A stretch of DNA of 64,000 bases. It comes from an uncultured Eubacteriales bacterium. GTDB lineage: Bacteria > Bacillota > Clostridia > TANB77 > CAG-508. The stretch is taken from assembly GCA_949289635.1 (NCBI GenBank), contig CASEOS010000001.1, forward strand, positions 76,088 through 140,087, read 5' to 3'. Below the pieces are notes generated by a model. It saw only the letters and a list, made by a program, of their open reading frames with translations, ran no database searches and was not told the origin of the DNA. Positions 38,111 through 47,962 of the stretch are shown piece after piece. How positions within the stretch are numbered: position 1 is the stretch's first letter; each line of letters starts with the position of its first letter. Position numbers and translations under genes: made by a program.

Positions 38111-38587
38111 ATATTTTCTCCTTTCATTCTATCAAATTTCTTTATCTTGTTCAATAAACAAATTTAATTTTTATAAACACATTAGAAATATTTTTTTATA
38201 GACATAATCATTTTTTTGTGATAGATATATATAAATTAAATTATATGGAATTTTTTAGATATAAAATATACAAATCAAAAACATAAAATCAACAACTTTA
38301 AATTGAAATTTATTTTAGAATCAAAAAAATTTGACATAATAATCCAAAATTTTTACTATTTTACAAGAATGTATATTTAGATGAAATATTTAAATTTTAG
38401 AAATCAATTTTTGAAATAAATAAAAAATATATAAGAAAATTTAACTCTTTTATAATTATCTTCTAAGGAATTTCAACCATTTCAACGAACGATATTCTCA
38501 AGAATATAAAAATATCTCTAATTGCATTTCCATTATTTTACAATACAATTAGAGATTTTACAAGATATTATGATTAATTTTTTATTT

Positions 38588-39229
38588 TTATCTATAATTT
38601 TTTACAAACTCACACACTATCTTGTTATCTTGTCTATAAAAATTGATATCATATTCAGACTCCTCATTCTTATATGTTTTACTATATAATCTTCCTTCAG
38701 TATATATACTTTCCTCTATTGGCAATTCAAAGTCTGCATTACTTTCTCCATATAACTGTTCTGTTTCTTTATATGCATCTTCTGTTATTTCCATATATCC
38801 TTCACACAACATTTCAAATTCTTGCATAATATTCCTTACTTTTGTTGTTTTATCTTCATATTTATTTAACATATATTCTGTTTTATATATATTTAATTTA
38901 TCATAACTTCCCCTCACATATATCATCTTTCCTTCTATTTCTCCTGCTTGAACATTTGCTTTTACTTTATATGTTTCTTCTCCTGTAATATATTTTGATG
39001 ATATTTCTTCTTTTGTTTCTTCTGTTTCATATGGTAAACTTTCTATATCTTCTACGTTTATCAACTCTAATAAGTCCACGTTCTCTAATATTTCTGTATC
39101 TTTTTCTGTTTTTTTATTATTTGATATTACCATAATTAGGATGACAAGCAATAGCAAAATTCCTGCTATGCTTGCTCCTATGATGATTTTTTTCTTTTTA
39201 TCCATATATACATTTTCTCCTCTTTTCAT
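38588..39229 (-). CDS. Hypothetical membrane-anchored acidic protein
   Basis: 213 aa with an N-terminal TM helix (IIIGASIAGILLLLVILIMVI) and a Glu/Tyr-rich ectodomain. Confidence 0.3.
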   Translation of the reverse strand: MKRGENVYMDKKKKIIIGASIAGILLLLVILIMVISNNKKTEKDTEILENVDLLELINVEDIESLPYETEETKEEISSKYITGEETYKVKANVQAGEIEGKMIYVRGSYDKLNIYKTEYMLNKYEDKTTKVRNIMQEFEMLCEGYMEITEDAYKETEQLYGESNADFELPIEESIYTEGRLYSKTYKNEESEYDINFYRQDNKIVCEFVKNYR

Positions 39230-39278
39230 TTATCTATTTTCTTTTATTTTCTATCTTATTATAATGATATATTTTTAT

Positions 39279-41381
39279 TTAATTTGCTATAACTATATTC
39301 GTATAAGTTGGATGATGCTCTGAAAACCATTGTTTTTCTGCTTCATTCTTTACAATAATTTCACAACTTGTTGGTACAAGACCCATAAAAAACGCGTTAT
39401 CTCCAACTGTTTTTGTTAGTTCTAATTTTCTAATATCTAATTTTTTTAAGTTTTGACAATAATAAAACATTTGAGTTACACTTGTTCCTTCTTGTAGTTC
39501 AAGATTACTAAGATTTATTTCTTCTATTTCTCTACACAATCCAAACATCCAATATACAGATGTTGTTTTTGGATTTGTAAAACTACTTGCATCTAATTTT
39601 ACTAGATTTGAACATTCTCGAAACATTTCCTCCATAGTATATGTTACATTACTTATGTCAAAATTGCTTACATCTATATTTTCTGCTTTACACCATATAA
39701 ACATTCTATACATATTTGTTACATTACTTGTGTTAAAACTACTTAAATCCAAATTTGTTGCTTGACAATTTTCAAACATTCTTTCCATATTTGTTACATT
39801 ACTTGTATTAAAACTAGACAAATTAATACTTATTGCTTTACAACCACTAAACATTATTCTCATATTTGTTACATTACTAGTATCAAAATTAGTTAAATCT
39901 AAACTTGTTGCTTTACAACCTGAAAACATACCTTGCATGTCTGTCACATTACTTGTGTTAAAATTACTTACATCTAAACTTATTACAGAACAATTTCCAA
40001 ACATACCATTCATTTTGGTTACTTTACTTGTATTAAAATTTTGTATATTTAATTCTGTTATACTTGTACAGTTAGAAAACATATCTGCCATTTCTGTGAC
40101 ATTACTTGTATTAAAGTTTGCAACATTTAATTGTGTTAATTTACTACATCCTTTAAACATCTCTGTCATACTTTTTACCTTTTCTGTCTTTAAATTTTCT
40201 ATATCTAACTCTTTTAAATTGCTACACCCTGCAAACATAGCCCCCATATCTTCTACATTATTTGTATCAAATTTGCTTATATCCAGTTTCTCTGCTTTAC
40301 AATCATTAAACATTTGACCCATTTTTCTTACTAATCCTGTGTCTAAATATTCTAACCCTGTGATTGTTACTTCTTGATTTTCTACGCCATAGCCTATATT
40401 TTTAAATAAATACAAAGAATTACTATTAGCAACAATTCCTCCATTTCCTCCAATTGTTACATCATAATATCCATTTTCATTTACTTCATACCATGCTAAA
40501 TACATTCCATTTTTACTATCTGTTACATCCCATGTGTTTTCATCTTCTCTATTATGTCCTTCTAATGATGATACTATTTTTATATTTTGTATTTTTCCTC
40601 TTGGTACTTCACTATTTCCTAAAAATCCTCCTGTTGCTAATCCATCATTCCAACCAACAGCTACTAAAGTTGTATGGTCTTTTATTGCATATGGTCCAAA
40701 ACATGCTTCTTTTTCTATCTCTCCTACCACAATTCTTACCCACAAGTAATACTCTCCACCTACTGTATCACTACTATATACTGTTGTTGTTCTGATTCTT
40801 CCTTCTCCGATTAAGTTTGCTTCTAAGAATTTTGTATCTTCTGGTGCATTTTCTTTATCTTGGTTCCATGCATATACTAATGAATACTCTGCTCCTTCTA
40901 TTTCGATTGGTGTTTTGACTGTTAAATCTACTTGTTGTATCAATTCTGGTGTTGTATTACTTTCTGGATTTGCTATAATATCTGCTTGTGTGATTAATTC
41001 TTCTTCTTTTCCTAAATACTCTACATCTCCATCTATACTAACTTTATAGATTCTTCCACTATCTAGAAATTTTACAAAATATCCAAATTCTTCTGTATCT
41101 GTTGTTACAATTGTTTTCCCTTCTCCTGTCAGTTTATCCAATTCTTCTTGTAATTCATCTCTTACAAGATTTCCTCTTTTATTCTTTCCCATAGCTTGTA
41201 CTGTCGCTTGTTCTACGATTTCTCTTTCATTAGCTATTTCTGTTTTTTCCTTTGCACTTAGGGCATTTTGTATGATTCCATTTTCTGATGTTATGGCTTC
41301 TATTGTAATTCCTGCTAAAATTAGTAACACAATAATGGTTATTACTAAAGCCAGTAAAGTGATTCCTGTTTCTTTTTTCAT
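39279..41381 (-). CDS. BspA-type leucine-rich-repeat surface protein with a pilin-like N-terminal hydrophobic signal
   Basis: 700 aa. There are about 10 tandem 22-residue repeats of the form NxSNVTxMxxMFxxCxxLxxLDxSxF (the LRR_5/BspA class). The N-terminus is MKKETGITLLALVITIIVLLILAGI. Confidence 0.6.
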   Translation of the reverse strand: MKKETGITLLALVITIIVLLILAGITIEAITSENGIIQNALSAKEKTEIANEREIVEQATVQAMGKNKRGNLVRDELQEELDKLTGEGKTIVTTDTEEFGYFVKFLDSGRIYKVSIDGDVEYLGKEEELITQADIIANPESNTTPELIQQVDLTVKTPIEIEGAEYSLVYAWNQDKENAPEDTKFLEANLIGEGRIRTTTVYSSDTVGGEYYLWVRIVVGEIEKEACFGPYAIKDHTTLVAVGWNDGLATGGFLGNSEVPRGKIQNIKIVSSLEGHNREDENTWDVTDSKNGMYLAWYEVNENGYYDVTIGGNGGIVANSNSLYLFKNIGYGVENQEVTITGLEYLDTGLVRKMGQMFNDCKAEKLDISKFDTNNVEDMGAMFAGCSNLKELDIENLKTEKVKSMTEMFKGCSKLTQLNVANFNTSNVTEMADMFSNCTSITELNIQNFNTSKVTKMNGMFGNCSVISLDVSNFNTSNVTDMQGMFSGCKATSLDLTNFDTSNVTNMRIMFSGCKAISINLSSFNTSNVTNMERMFENCQATNLDLSSFNTSNVTNMYRMFIWCKAENIDVSNFDISNVTYTMEEMFRECSNLVKLDASSFTNPKTTSVYWMFGLCREIEEINLSNLELQEGTSVTQMFYYCQNLKKLDIRKLELTKTVGDNAFFMGLVPTSCEIIVKNEAEKQWFSEHHPTYTNIVIAN

Positions 41382-41804
41382 CTTTTATACCTCTTTTCCT
41401 TTGTTTCTCTATTTTCCTATCCATTTTAAAATTTCTTTCAGTCAAATACTTAAGGTATAGAATAAAAAACAGCAATCTCCTTATCTAAGCCAAAAAGGAG
41501 CATATTTTATGTTTCATTTTTTTCTATTTTCTGTTTTCATCATCTTCTTTTTTAATTTTTCAATCTATTGACTTTACTATGTTTTATTGATAACATATGT
41601 TTAGTTTTTGGTCGTTAAGTATTTGACTTAACGATTTTTTTGCATATTAAATTTTATTTTTCTCAATTATTTTTATAATAAATTTCTTAAGAAAAATTTA
41701 TATTCTAAAATAAATTCAAAAAATCATATTATCCCCTTGAATTTCTTTTTTATTTAGTATAATATATAAAGGTAATAAAAGAGATTTACATAGGAGGATA
41801 TAGA

Positions 41805-42821
41805 ATGCCAAGAAAAACAAAAGAAATAAATGAAGAAACAAATGCAGTTATATCAACGAAAAAAACAGCAACAACCAAAAAAGAACCAGTAAAAAAAGCA
41901 ACCAAATCTGTTGCTAAAAAATCAACTGCAAAAAAAGATGTTGTTGCAAAAACAGATACAAAAAAATCTACTACTAAGAAAAGTGTAGCAAAAAAATCAT
42001 CTGCTACTTCTAAAACTGTTGCAAAAAAAACAACAGCTAAGACAACAGCAGTTAAATCAACAACATCAAAAAAATCAACATCTACAAAAAAGAAACCTGC
42101 TACAAAATCAACATCTAAAAAAACATCTACAAAAACAGTAGCTAAAAAATCTACTGCAAAGAAAACTACTACATCTAAACGAAAGAGTAGTACAACAAAA
42201 AAACAAAAAGTAGATATTGTAGAATATTATGATTTACCATATCGCTATAATCAAACCATTGTAAAAGTATTGGCACAAACTCCTACCAATTTATTTATTT
42301 ATTGGGATATCTCTGATAAAGATAGAGAAAATTATAAAAAACAATATGGTGAAAACTTTTTTGAAACAACAAAACCAGTTTTAATTATCCACAATACCAC
42401 AATGAATTACAGCTTTGAAGTTGATATTAATGATTTTGCTAATAGTTGGTATCTTCATGTAAATGATGCCAAATGTGATTATAAAATTGAATTAGGTAGA
42501 CGTCCTATTAAAGAAATTTCAAAAATTGATACAGATTATATTTATATATCTACCTCAAATGATATTGAGTCACCAAATGACCATATCTTATTTAATAAAG
42601 AACAAAAAATGGTATATTTTAGGAATGTAAAAACTGGTGTCCAAATTGAAAAACCAATTTCAGCAAATATTTCCTTTATCAGAAATATGGGCAAAATATA
42701 TAATATTTATGATATGTATAAAGCAATGTATCAAAATGAAAATATTGAAGAAATTTACGATGTATCTAATCCTTCTTCTGGTAATCCATCATCAGGAAAT
42801 CTTTCTTCAAAATTCAAATAA
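41805..42821 (+). CDS. Protein with a histone-H1-like Lys/Thr/Ala-rich N-terminal repeat region and a C-terminal domain of the kind often encoded next to GH57 genes (DUF4912-like)
   Basis: 338 aa. Residues 1-190 are KKSTAKK-type repeats. The C-terminal VEYYDLPYRYNQT...LFIYWDIS block is as I remember for DUF4912. Confidence 0.4.
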   Translation: MPRKTKEINEETNAVISTKKTATTKKEPVKKATKSVAKKSTAKKDVVAKTDTKKSTTKKSVAKKSSATSKTVAKKTTAKTTAVKSTTSKKSTSTKKKPATKSTSKKTSTKTVAKKSTAKKTTTSKRKSSTTKKQKVDIVEYYDLPYRYNQTIVKVLAQTPTNLFIYWDISDKDRENYKKQYGENFFETTKPVLIIHNTTMNYSFEVDINDFANSWYLHVNDAKCDYKIELGRRPIKEISKIDTDYIYISTSNDIESPNDHILFNKEQKMVYFRNVKTGVQIEKPISANISFIRNMGKIYNIYDMYKAMYQNENIEEIYDVSNPSSGNPSSGNLSSKFK

Positions 42822-42939
42822 TCTTGAGGCACTTGAGGTTGCAATTCAAAAGTGTCTCATTCATTTTTTAATTTGTATCTATAAATTAAAAAATAATATT
42901 TTACAGAAAAATTTTAGTAACAATAAAAGGAGAATTTCA

Positions 42940-44526
42940 ATGCAAGAGAAAAAAGGATATGTTAGTTTTGTTCTTCATGCACATCTTCCATTTATCCATC
43001 ATCCTGAAAGTGATGATTATTTAGAAGAATCTTGGTTATATGAAGCAATATCTGAAACTTATATACCATTATTAACAAATTTTCAAAAACTAGTAGATGA
43101 AGGTGTTAATTTTAGGATCACAATGTCTATGACCCCTCCTCTACTTTCTATGTTAGATAATAAATTATTACAAAGAAAATATATTCGTTATTTAAAACAA
43201 ATGATTGAATTATCTGAAAAAGAAATTAAAAGAACTGCTGGTGATGAGCGTTTAAATCAATTAGCACATTACTATTATGATAGATATTCTAATGATTTAC
43301 ATTTATTTAAAGATGTTTATAAATGTAATTTAATTCAAGGTTTTAAACATTTTCAAGATATTGGTGTATTAGAAATTATTACTTGTGGCGCAACACATGG
43401 ATATTTTCCAATATTATATGTTAATGAAAAAACCGTAAAAGCACAAATTGCTGTTGGTGTACAAACATATGAAAGATATTTTGGAAGAAAACCTCGTGGT
43501 ATTTGGCTTCCTGAATGTGGTTATGTACCAGAAGCTGATAAATATTTAAAAGAATTTGGAATTGATTATATTATTACTGAAACACACGGAATTCTATATG
43601 CAGACCCTACTCCATTGTATGGTACTTTTGCTCCTATTGTTTCTCCAGAAGGTGTAATTGCTTTTGGTAGAGACATAGAATCTTCAAGACAAGTATGGAG
43701 TTCTATTAATGGGTATCCTGGTGATTATAATTATAGAGAATTTTATCGTGATATTGGTTATGATGCTGATTATGACTATATCAAACCATATATTGCCCAT
43801 AATGGTGTTAGAGTCCATACTGGTATTAAATATTATAGAATTACAGGAAAAACAGAATTTAAAGATTACTATAATCTTCAATGGGCAAAAGATTCAGCAG
43901 AAAGACAAGCTGGTCACTTCTTTGATTCTAGAAATGCCCAAATTGAAAATCTTGCACAGTATACAGAAAACCCACCAATTATATTATGCCCTTATGATGC
44001 TGAATTATATGGTCATTGGTGGTATGAAGGACCTTATTGGTTATATGTTTTATTTAAAAAAATCTATTATGATGATTGTAATTTTGAACTAATTACACCA
44101 TCTGAATATATTGATAAATATCCAAATATGCAAGTTGCTTCCCCTTGTCGTTCTAGCTGGGGTGCTAATGGATATAGCGAGGTATGGTTAAATCAAACAA
44201 ATGACTATGCCCATAGACATCTTCATGTTGCAGGTGACCGTATGTGTGAACTTGCCCATTTATATCCAAACGCAAAAGGTTTAAAGAAAAAAGCATTAAA
44301 TCAATGTGCTCGAGAATTATTATTAGCTCAAAGTAGTGATTGGCTATTTATCATTACAAATGGTACAATGGTAGACTATGCTAAAAAAAGAATCAAAGAC
44401 CATATTGGTCGATTTACAAAATTGTATTATCAAATAAAAGAAAATAATATTGATGAAGATTTCTTAAAAGATATCTCAAAAAAAGATTGTGTATTTCCAG
44501 ACATTGATTATATGATTTATTATTAA
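42940..44526 (+). CDS. GH57-family alpha-glucan enzyme (DUF1957, branching-enzyme-like)
   Basis: About 528 aa. GYVSFVLHAHLPFIHHPE is the GH57 N-terminal signature. An AAAGGAGA RBS lies upstream of the ATG at 42940. The listed ORF starts earlier at 42637 in a different-looking N-terminus. Confidence 0.7.
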   Translation: MQEKKGYVSFVLHAHLPFIHHPESDDYLEESWLYEAISETYIPLLTNFQKLVDEGVNFRITMSMTPPLLSMLDNKLLQRKYIRYLKQMIELSEKEIKRTAGDERLNQLAHYYYDRYSNDLHLFKDVYKCNLIQGFKHFQDIGVLEIITCGATHGYFPILYVNEKTVKAQIAVGVQTYERYFGRKPRGIWLPECGYVPEADKYLKEFGIDYIITETHGILYADPTPLYGTFAPIVSPEGVIAFGRDIESSRQVWSSINGYPGDYNYREFYRDIGYDADYDYIKPYIAHNGVRVHTGIKYYRITGKTEFKDYYNLQWAKDSAERQAGHFFDSRNAQIENLAQYTENPPIILCPYDAELYGHWWYEGPYWLYVLFKKIYYDDCNFELITPSEYIDKYPNMQVASPCRSSWGANGYSEVWLNQTNDYAHRHLHVAGDRMCELAHLYPNAKGLKKKALNQCARELLLAQSSDWLFIITNGTMVDYAKKRIKDHIGRFTKLYYQIKENNIDEDFLKDISKKDCVFPDIDYMIYY

Positions 44527-44531
44527 GAGAA

Positions 44532-44634
44532 GTTGCCAAAGGGGACGTGCCATTTTGGCAACTTTCTTTTTTATTTAAAATAAATCGAAAATTCACTTTA
44601 TAAAAGTTGCCAAAATAGCACGTCCCCTTTGGCA
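44532..44634. repeat. Type E element: two inverted hairpin units (GTTGCCAAAGGGGACGTGCCATTTTGGCAAC and its near-perfect inverse) separated by ~45 bp
   Basis: Each unit is itself a stem-loop: GTTGCCAAA, a loop containing GGGGACG, then TTTGGCAAC. The two copies differ by 1 mismatch. Confidence 0.7.
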
Positions 44635-44671
44635 TTTTTATAAAAAAGTTTATTAAAAATCTTTATAAAAA

Positions 44672-44714
44672 TGATGATTTTTTGCTCCGTCCCCAAAATC
44701 ACCCAAAATCATCA
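44672..44714. repeat. Solo type D unit with an internal 10 bp duplication (TGATGATTTTTTGCTCCGTCCCCAAAATCACCCAAAATCATCA)
   Basis: It matches the D units at 51565 and 52542 except for the duplicated CCCAAAATCA. Confidence 0.65.
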
Positions 44715-44793
44715 CTTAATTTTTTTCTTATCATATAATAATGTATAAGTTTTTTAATTTGGTAGATACTAGTTTTATGAGAAAGGGGTATTT

Positions 44794-45669
44794 TTGTATA
44801 TGAAATCTTTATGTATAAAAACAAATAATTCTAAAATACTAGATTATCTACTAAATGAATTAAAATATTCTGAAATAGAACATATCTGTTTTTCTGAAAA
44901 TCATTTTAAAAATTACAAAAATATCATCATACATTATCTTTCTAATGCTGATTATCCTTACTTTTTTTCTAAAATCAGTAATCTTCTAAGTTTTTTAATT
45001 ATCGATGAGTTTGAAGATATGCTGATACAAAGAATTATTAATAAAAATTATTTCTATTTTGATTCTCTTGAAAGAAATAAAATTTTGAAAAATTGTTATA
45101 ATATTTTATCTGATGAGTATTATAAATGGTTTGATAAAAAGTTTGACGCTCTTTACAACTCTTTATATGCTTTTATTTCTGAGCATAAAATGTTATTACT
45201 AGATGGATTTATAAATTTTAGACTCCAAGATTATACTTCTATTTTAGATGAAATTGTAGCTGAAAGTGTCAATAGTTATATTATTGAAAAAGAATATATG
45301 GAATTTATTTCTTTACTAAAATTATACATTCATTCACAAAAAAGTAATTGTAATATTGTACATTTAATCTATCATACTTCTGAATCTATCTTATTAGATG
45401 AGCATAAAAACATAATTCTAAATTCAGAAGAAATTTTTAATGCTAAATATTTAAGTGATATATCCTTCTCTTCAAATGATTATACTTTAAACTCACTTTT
45501 AAATTTACTTCCCAAAAAAATTTATATTCATCTAATTGATAATCAAATTGATGAATTTATTAATACCTTACAATTAATTTTTGAAAATCGTGTATCTATC
45601 TGTTTAAATTGTGAAATTTGTAATTTATATCGATATCATAAAAAAACATTTACTAAAAATCAAAAATAG
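44794..45669 (+). CDS. Hypothetical protein (possibly a YtxC-like sporulation protein)
   Basis: 291 aa, cytoplasmic. The LLDGFINFRL and EYMEFISLLKLYIH blocks are vaguely reminiscent of the YtxC family. This is an unverified memory match. Confidence 0.25.
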   Translation: MYMKSLCIKTNNSKILDYLLNELKYSEIEHICFSENHFKNYKNIIIHYLSNADYPYFFSKISNLLSFLIIDEFEDMLIQRIINKNYFYFDSLERNKILKNCYNILSDEYYKWFDKKFDALYNSLYAFISEHKMLLLDGFINFRLQDYTSILDEIVAESVNSYIIEKEYMEFISLLKLYIHSQKSNCNIVHLIYHTSESILLDEHKNIILNSEEIFNAKYLSDISFSSNDYTLNSLLNLLPKKIYIHLIDNQIDEFINTLQLIFENRVSICLNCEICNLYRYHKKTFTKNQK

Positions 45670-45814
45670 TTCACAAATATTTAATATAGAAAACTATTTT
45701 TATACATTCATAAGTTAATTCTAGCAATATTCCTGTCACACTAAGTAAAATGCACCTAAAATATTAACATCAGTTAATATTAATAGGTGCATCTCCTCTA
45801 TAGTATTTTAGATA

Positions 45815-46603
45815 CTATCCATTGATAATTTTATTTAAAGAGTTAATAGCTTCTTGTAAGCCAGGTAATAAAGAATTTACCAAACTCTCATCTGCTTGTA
45901 CTTTCCATTCTCTTTCTTGTTTAACCAATTGTATTGTTGTGGTAACTGTTTTCATTCCAATTTCTTCGTTTTTTAGTTGTTCTTTTAATTTATTATTTTG
46001 CTCCTCTTGTGTAAAAGATGCTCCACTAAAAGCAATCTTTAAAGCTTCTTGTGTATAATTTGTTATAATTTGATTGAAATCTTTATTGGTGATTTCTACT
46101 TCAACACTTGCTGTATTTTCTTCTTTAGAAATATTTAAGATTTTCCATGTTAGTTTGTCAAATAGCAAACTTTGTGTTTCTTCATCCATTTCTGAATTTT
46201 GTAACATTTCTGATTCATTCACAATTTCTTCGTAATTTACATATTTATTAACGCCTTCAAAATCTGCATTTTTTAAGCTATTTAACATGCCTTCAACACT
46301 TTTTTCTGGGGTTGCTGGTAATAGTAGCAAAGCTGTTACAACAGCTAGTACAACTAATAATAGCACAACTCCACCAACCCAATATCCAACTTTTTTATTT
46401 CCTTTTTCTTTACCTTCTTTTTTCTCTTTATTTTGCTTTTTCTCTTTTTTATTTTCTATATGATTCATTCCTGTTTCTTTTTTCAAGTCTTTTCCTGATA
46501 CTTTATTAAATTTTGGTTCTTCTACTTTTTCTTTTTTCGCTTCTTTTACTTCTTTTACTTCTTCTACTTTTTTTGTTTTATCTACTTTTTCTTCTTTATC
46601 CAT
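45815..46603 (-). CDS. Membrane-anchored protein with a Lys/Glu-rich N-terminus and a C-terminal globular domain
   Basis: 262 aa: a charged KEKK-rich region, then a TM helix (VGGVVLLLVVLAVVTALLLL), then a ~170 aa extracytoplasmic domain. Confidence 0.3.
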   Translation of the reverse strand: MDKEEKVDKTKKVEEVKEVKEAKKEKVEEPKFNKVSGKDLKKETGMNHIENKKEKKQNKEKKEGKEKGNKKVGYWVGGVVLLLVVLAVVTALLLLPATPEKSVEGMLNSLKNADFEGVNKYVNYEEIVNESEMLQNSEMDEETQSLLFDKLTWKILNISKEENTASVEVEITNKDFNQIITNYTQEALKIAFSGASFTQEEQNNKLKEQLKNEEIGMKTVTTTIQLVKQEREWKVQADESLVNSLLPGLQEAINSLNKIING

Positions 46604-46827
46604 AGAAATCCCTCTTTTCTTTTTCCTATTTATAAGAATTATATCTTAAGAAAGAGTTTTTTTCAACCATTTTTCTATAATTTCTACAAAATTATGTTAC
46701 AGTTCGTTGCAATTCACAGACCACTAAAGGACAGGGAAAGGTTATAGTATTCTAGATTGAATGAATTTCGAATGTGATTGGAGTACTTGTAGACTTTCTT
46801 AATTTAAAACACAATTTTGTACTTTTT

Positions 46828-47763
46828 CTATACAGCTTGATTAATTCCTGTTGCTACAATTTTACTCATATTATCAATTAATCCATCAATTTCCTTTGGT
46901 GTCACAATCAAATTATAATCTTGTGGCACTAGTGCTTCTTTGATTTCTTCATAATTATCCTCTTCTTTTAATTGATTTAAATAGTCATTTGATTTTGCTT
47001 CATCCTGTAATTTCGTAATAAACAAATCTAATGAATCATTAACTAAAACTGCTGTTTCTACAACTGTTGGAATTCCTATTGCCACAACTGGAATTCCTAA
47101 GGTATTTTGACTAATTTCTTTTCTTGTATTTCCTACACCAGCGCCTGGTACAATTCCTGTATCTGAGATTTGTACAGTGCTACTAATTCTTTCTATACTT
47201 CTAGATGCCAAAGCATCAATTACTATTAATAGTTTAGGATGTATATTTTCTACAATACCCTTTAAAATTTCTACAGTTTCAATCCCTGTTGTTCCCAATA
47301 CTCCTGGAGATATAGCACTCACATTTCTAGCTCCCTCTTTTACATATTGTGGTAAATATTTAATCATATGTCTTGTCACTTCTATATCATTAATGACTTT
47401 TGGTCCTAACGCATCTGGAGTTACATAGATATTCCCAAGTCCAACCACTAATATTTCCCCATTTTTATCAATATGACTATCTACAATTTTTCTTAATTCA
47501 TCTGCTACTGTATCTGCTGATTTTTGAATTTCTTCTTCTCCTGCAATTTTTAAATTTTTAATATCAATCGTAACATATACCCCTTTCGGCTTTCCAATAG
47601 CCTTTTCCCCTTCTTCATTCATTATCTTTACTCTATCAACTTTTATATTTTCATCTATTTGCTGTTCTTCACTTTCTATACCATTAATCTCATTTTCTAA
47701 TTTATTCGCTGTTCTATAGATTTCCCTTCTCTCTGTTGCCAAATCTGTTCTAAAATTCAACAT
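46828..47763 (-). CDS. gpr: Germination protease (spore endopeptidase GPR)
   Basis: 311 aa. MLNFRTDLATERREIY...VVGLGNIYVTPDALGPKV matches the GPR N-terminus and active-site region. Confidence 0.85.
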   Translation of the reverse strand: MLNFRTDLATERREIYRTANKLENEINGIESEEQQIDENIKVDRVKIMNEEGEKAIGKPKGVYVTIDIKNLKIAGEEEIQKSADTVADELRKIVDSHIDKNGEILVVGLGNIYVTPDALGPKVINDIEVTRHMIKYLPQYVKEGARNVSAISPGVLGTTGIETVEILKGIVENIHPKLLIVIDALASRSIERISSTVQISDTGIVPGAGVGNTRKEISQNTLGIPVVAIGIPTVVETAVLVNDSLDLFITKLQDEAKSNDYLNQLKEEDNYEEIKEALVPQDYNLIVTPKEIDGLIDNMSKIVATGINQAV

Positions 47764-47786
47764 ACATTTCTCCTTTCTTTGTCCAT

Positions 47787-47812
47787 TAGGGACGTTTCTT
47801 TTTGGACATTTT
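47787..47812. repeat. Partial type C repeat (TAGGGACGTTTCTTTTTGGACATTTT) in the gpr 5' UTR
   Basis: It matches the inner half of the C-type TIR and lies 23 nt upstream of the gpr ATG. Confidence 0.65.
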
Positions 47813-47829
47813 GCTGTTTATTATATTTT

Positions 47830-47858
47830 TAGTATTTGTAAAAAAACATAATTTATAC
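47830..47858 (-). promoter_or_regulatory. Candidate forespore (sigma-F/sigma-G) promoter for gpr: GTATA-17-AATACTA
   Basis: On the minus strand the sequence reads GTATAAATTATGTTTTTTTACAAATACTA. The -10 element is identical to the spoIVB candidate. gpr is sigma-F/G dependent in Bacillus. Confidence 0.4.
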
Positions 47859-47962
47859 AAATTTGCATTTTTCTTTATTTTATGTTAACATTATATTTGT
47901 AACAATTAATCTTACATTCAGCTATCATATTGTTCAGATAGCTATCAAAGAAAGGATCTTAT

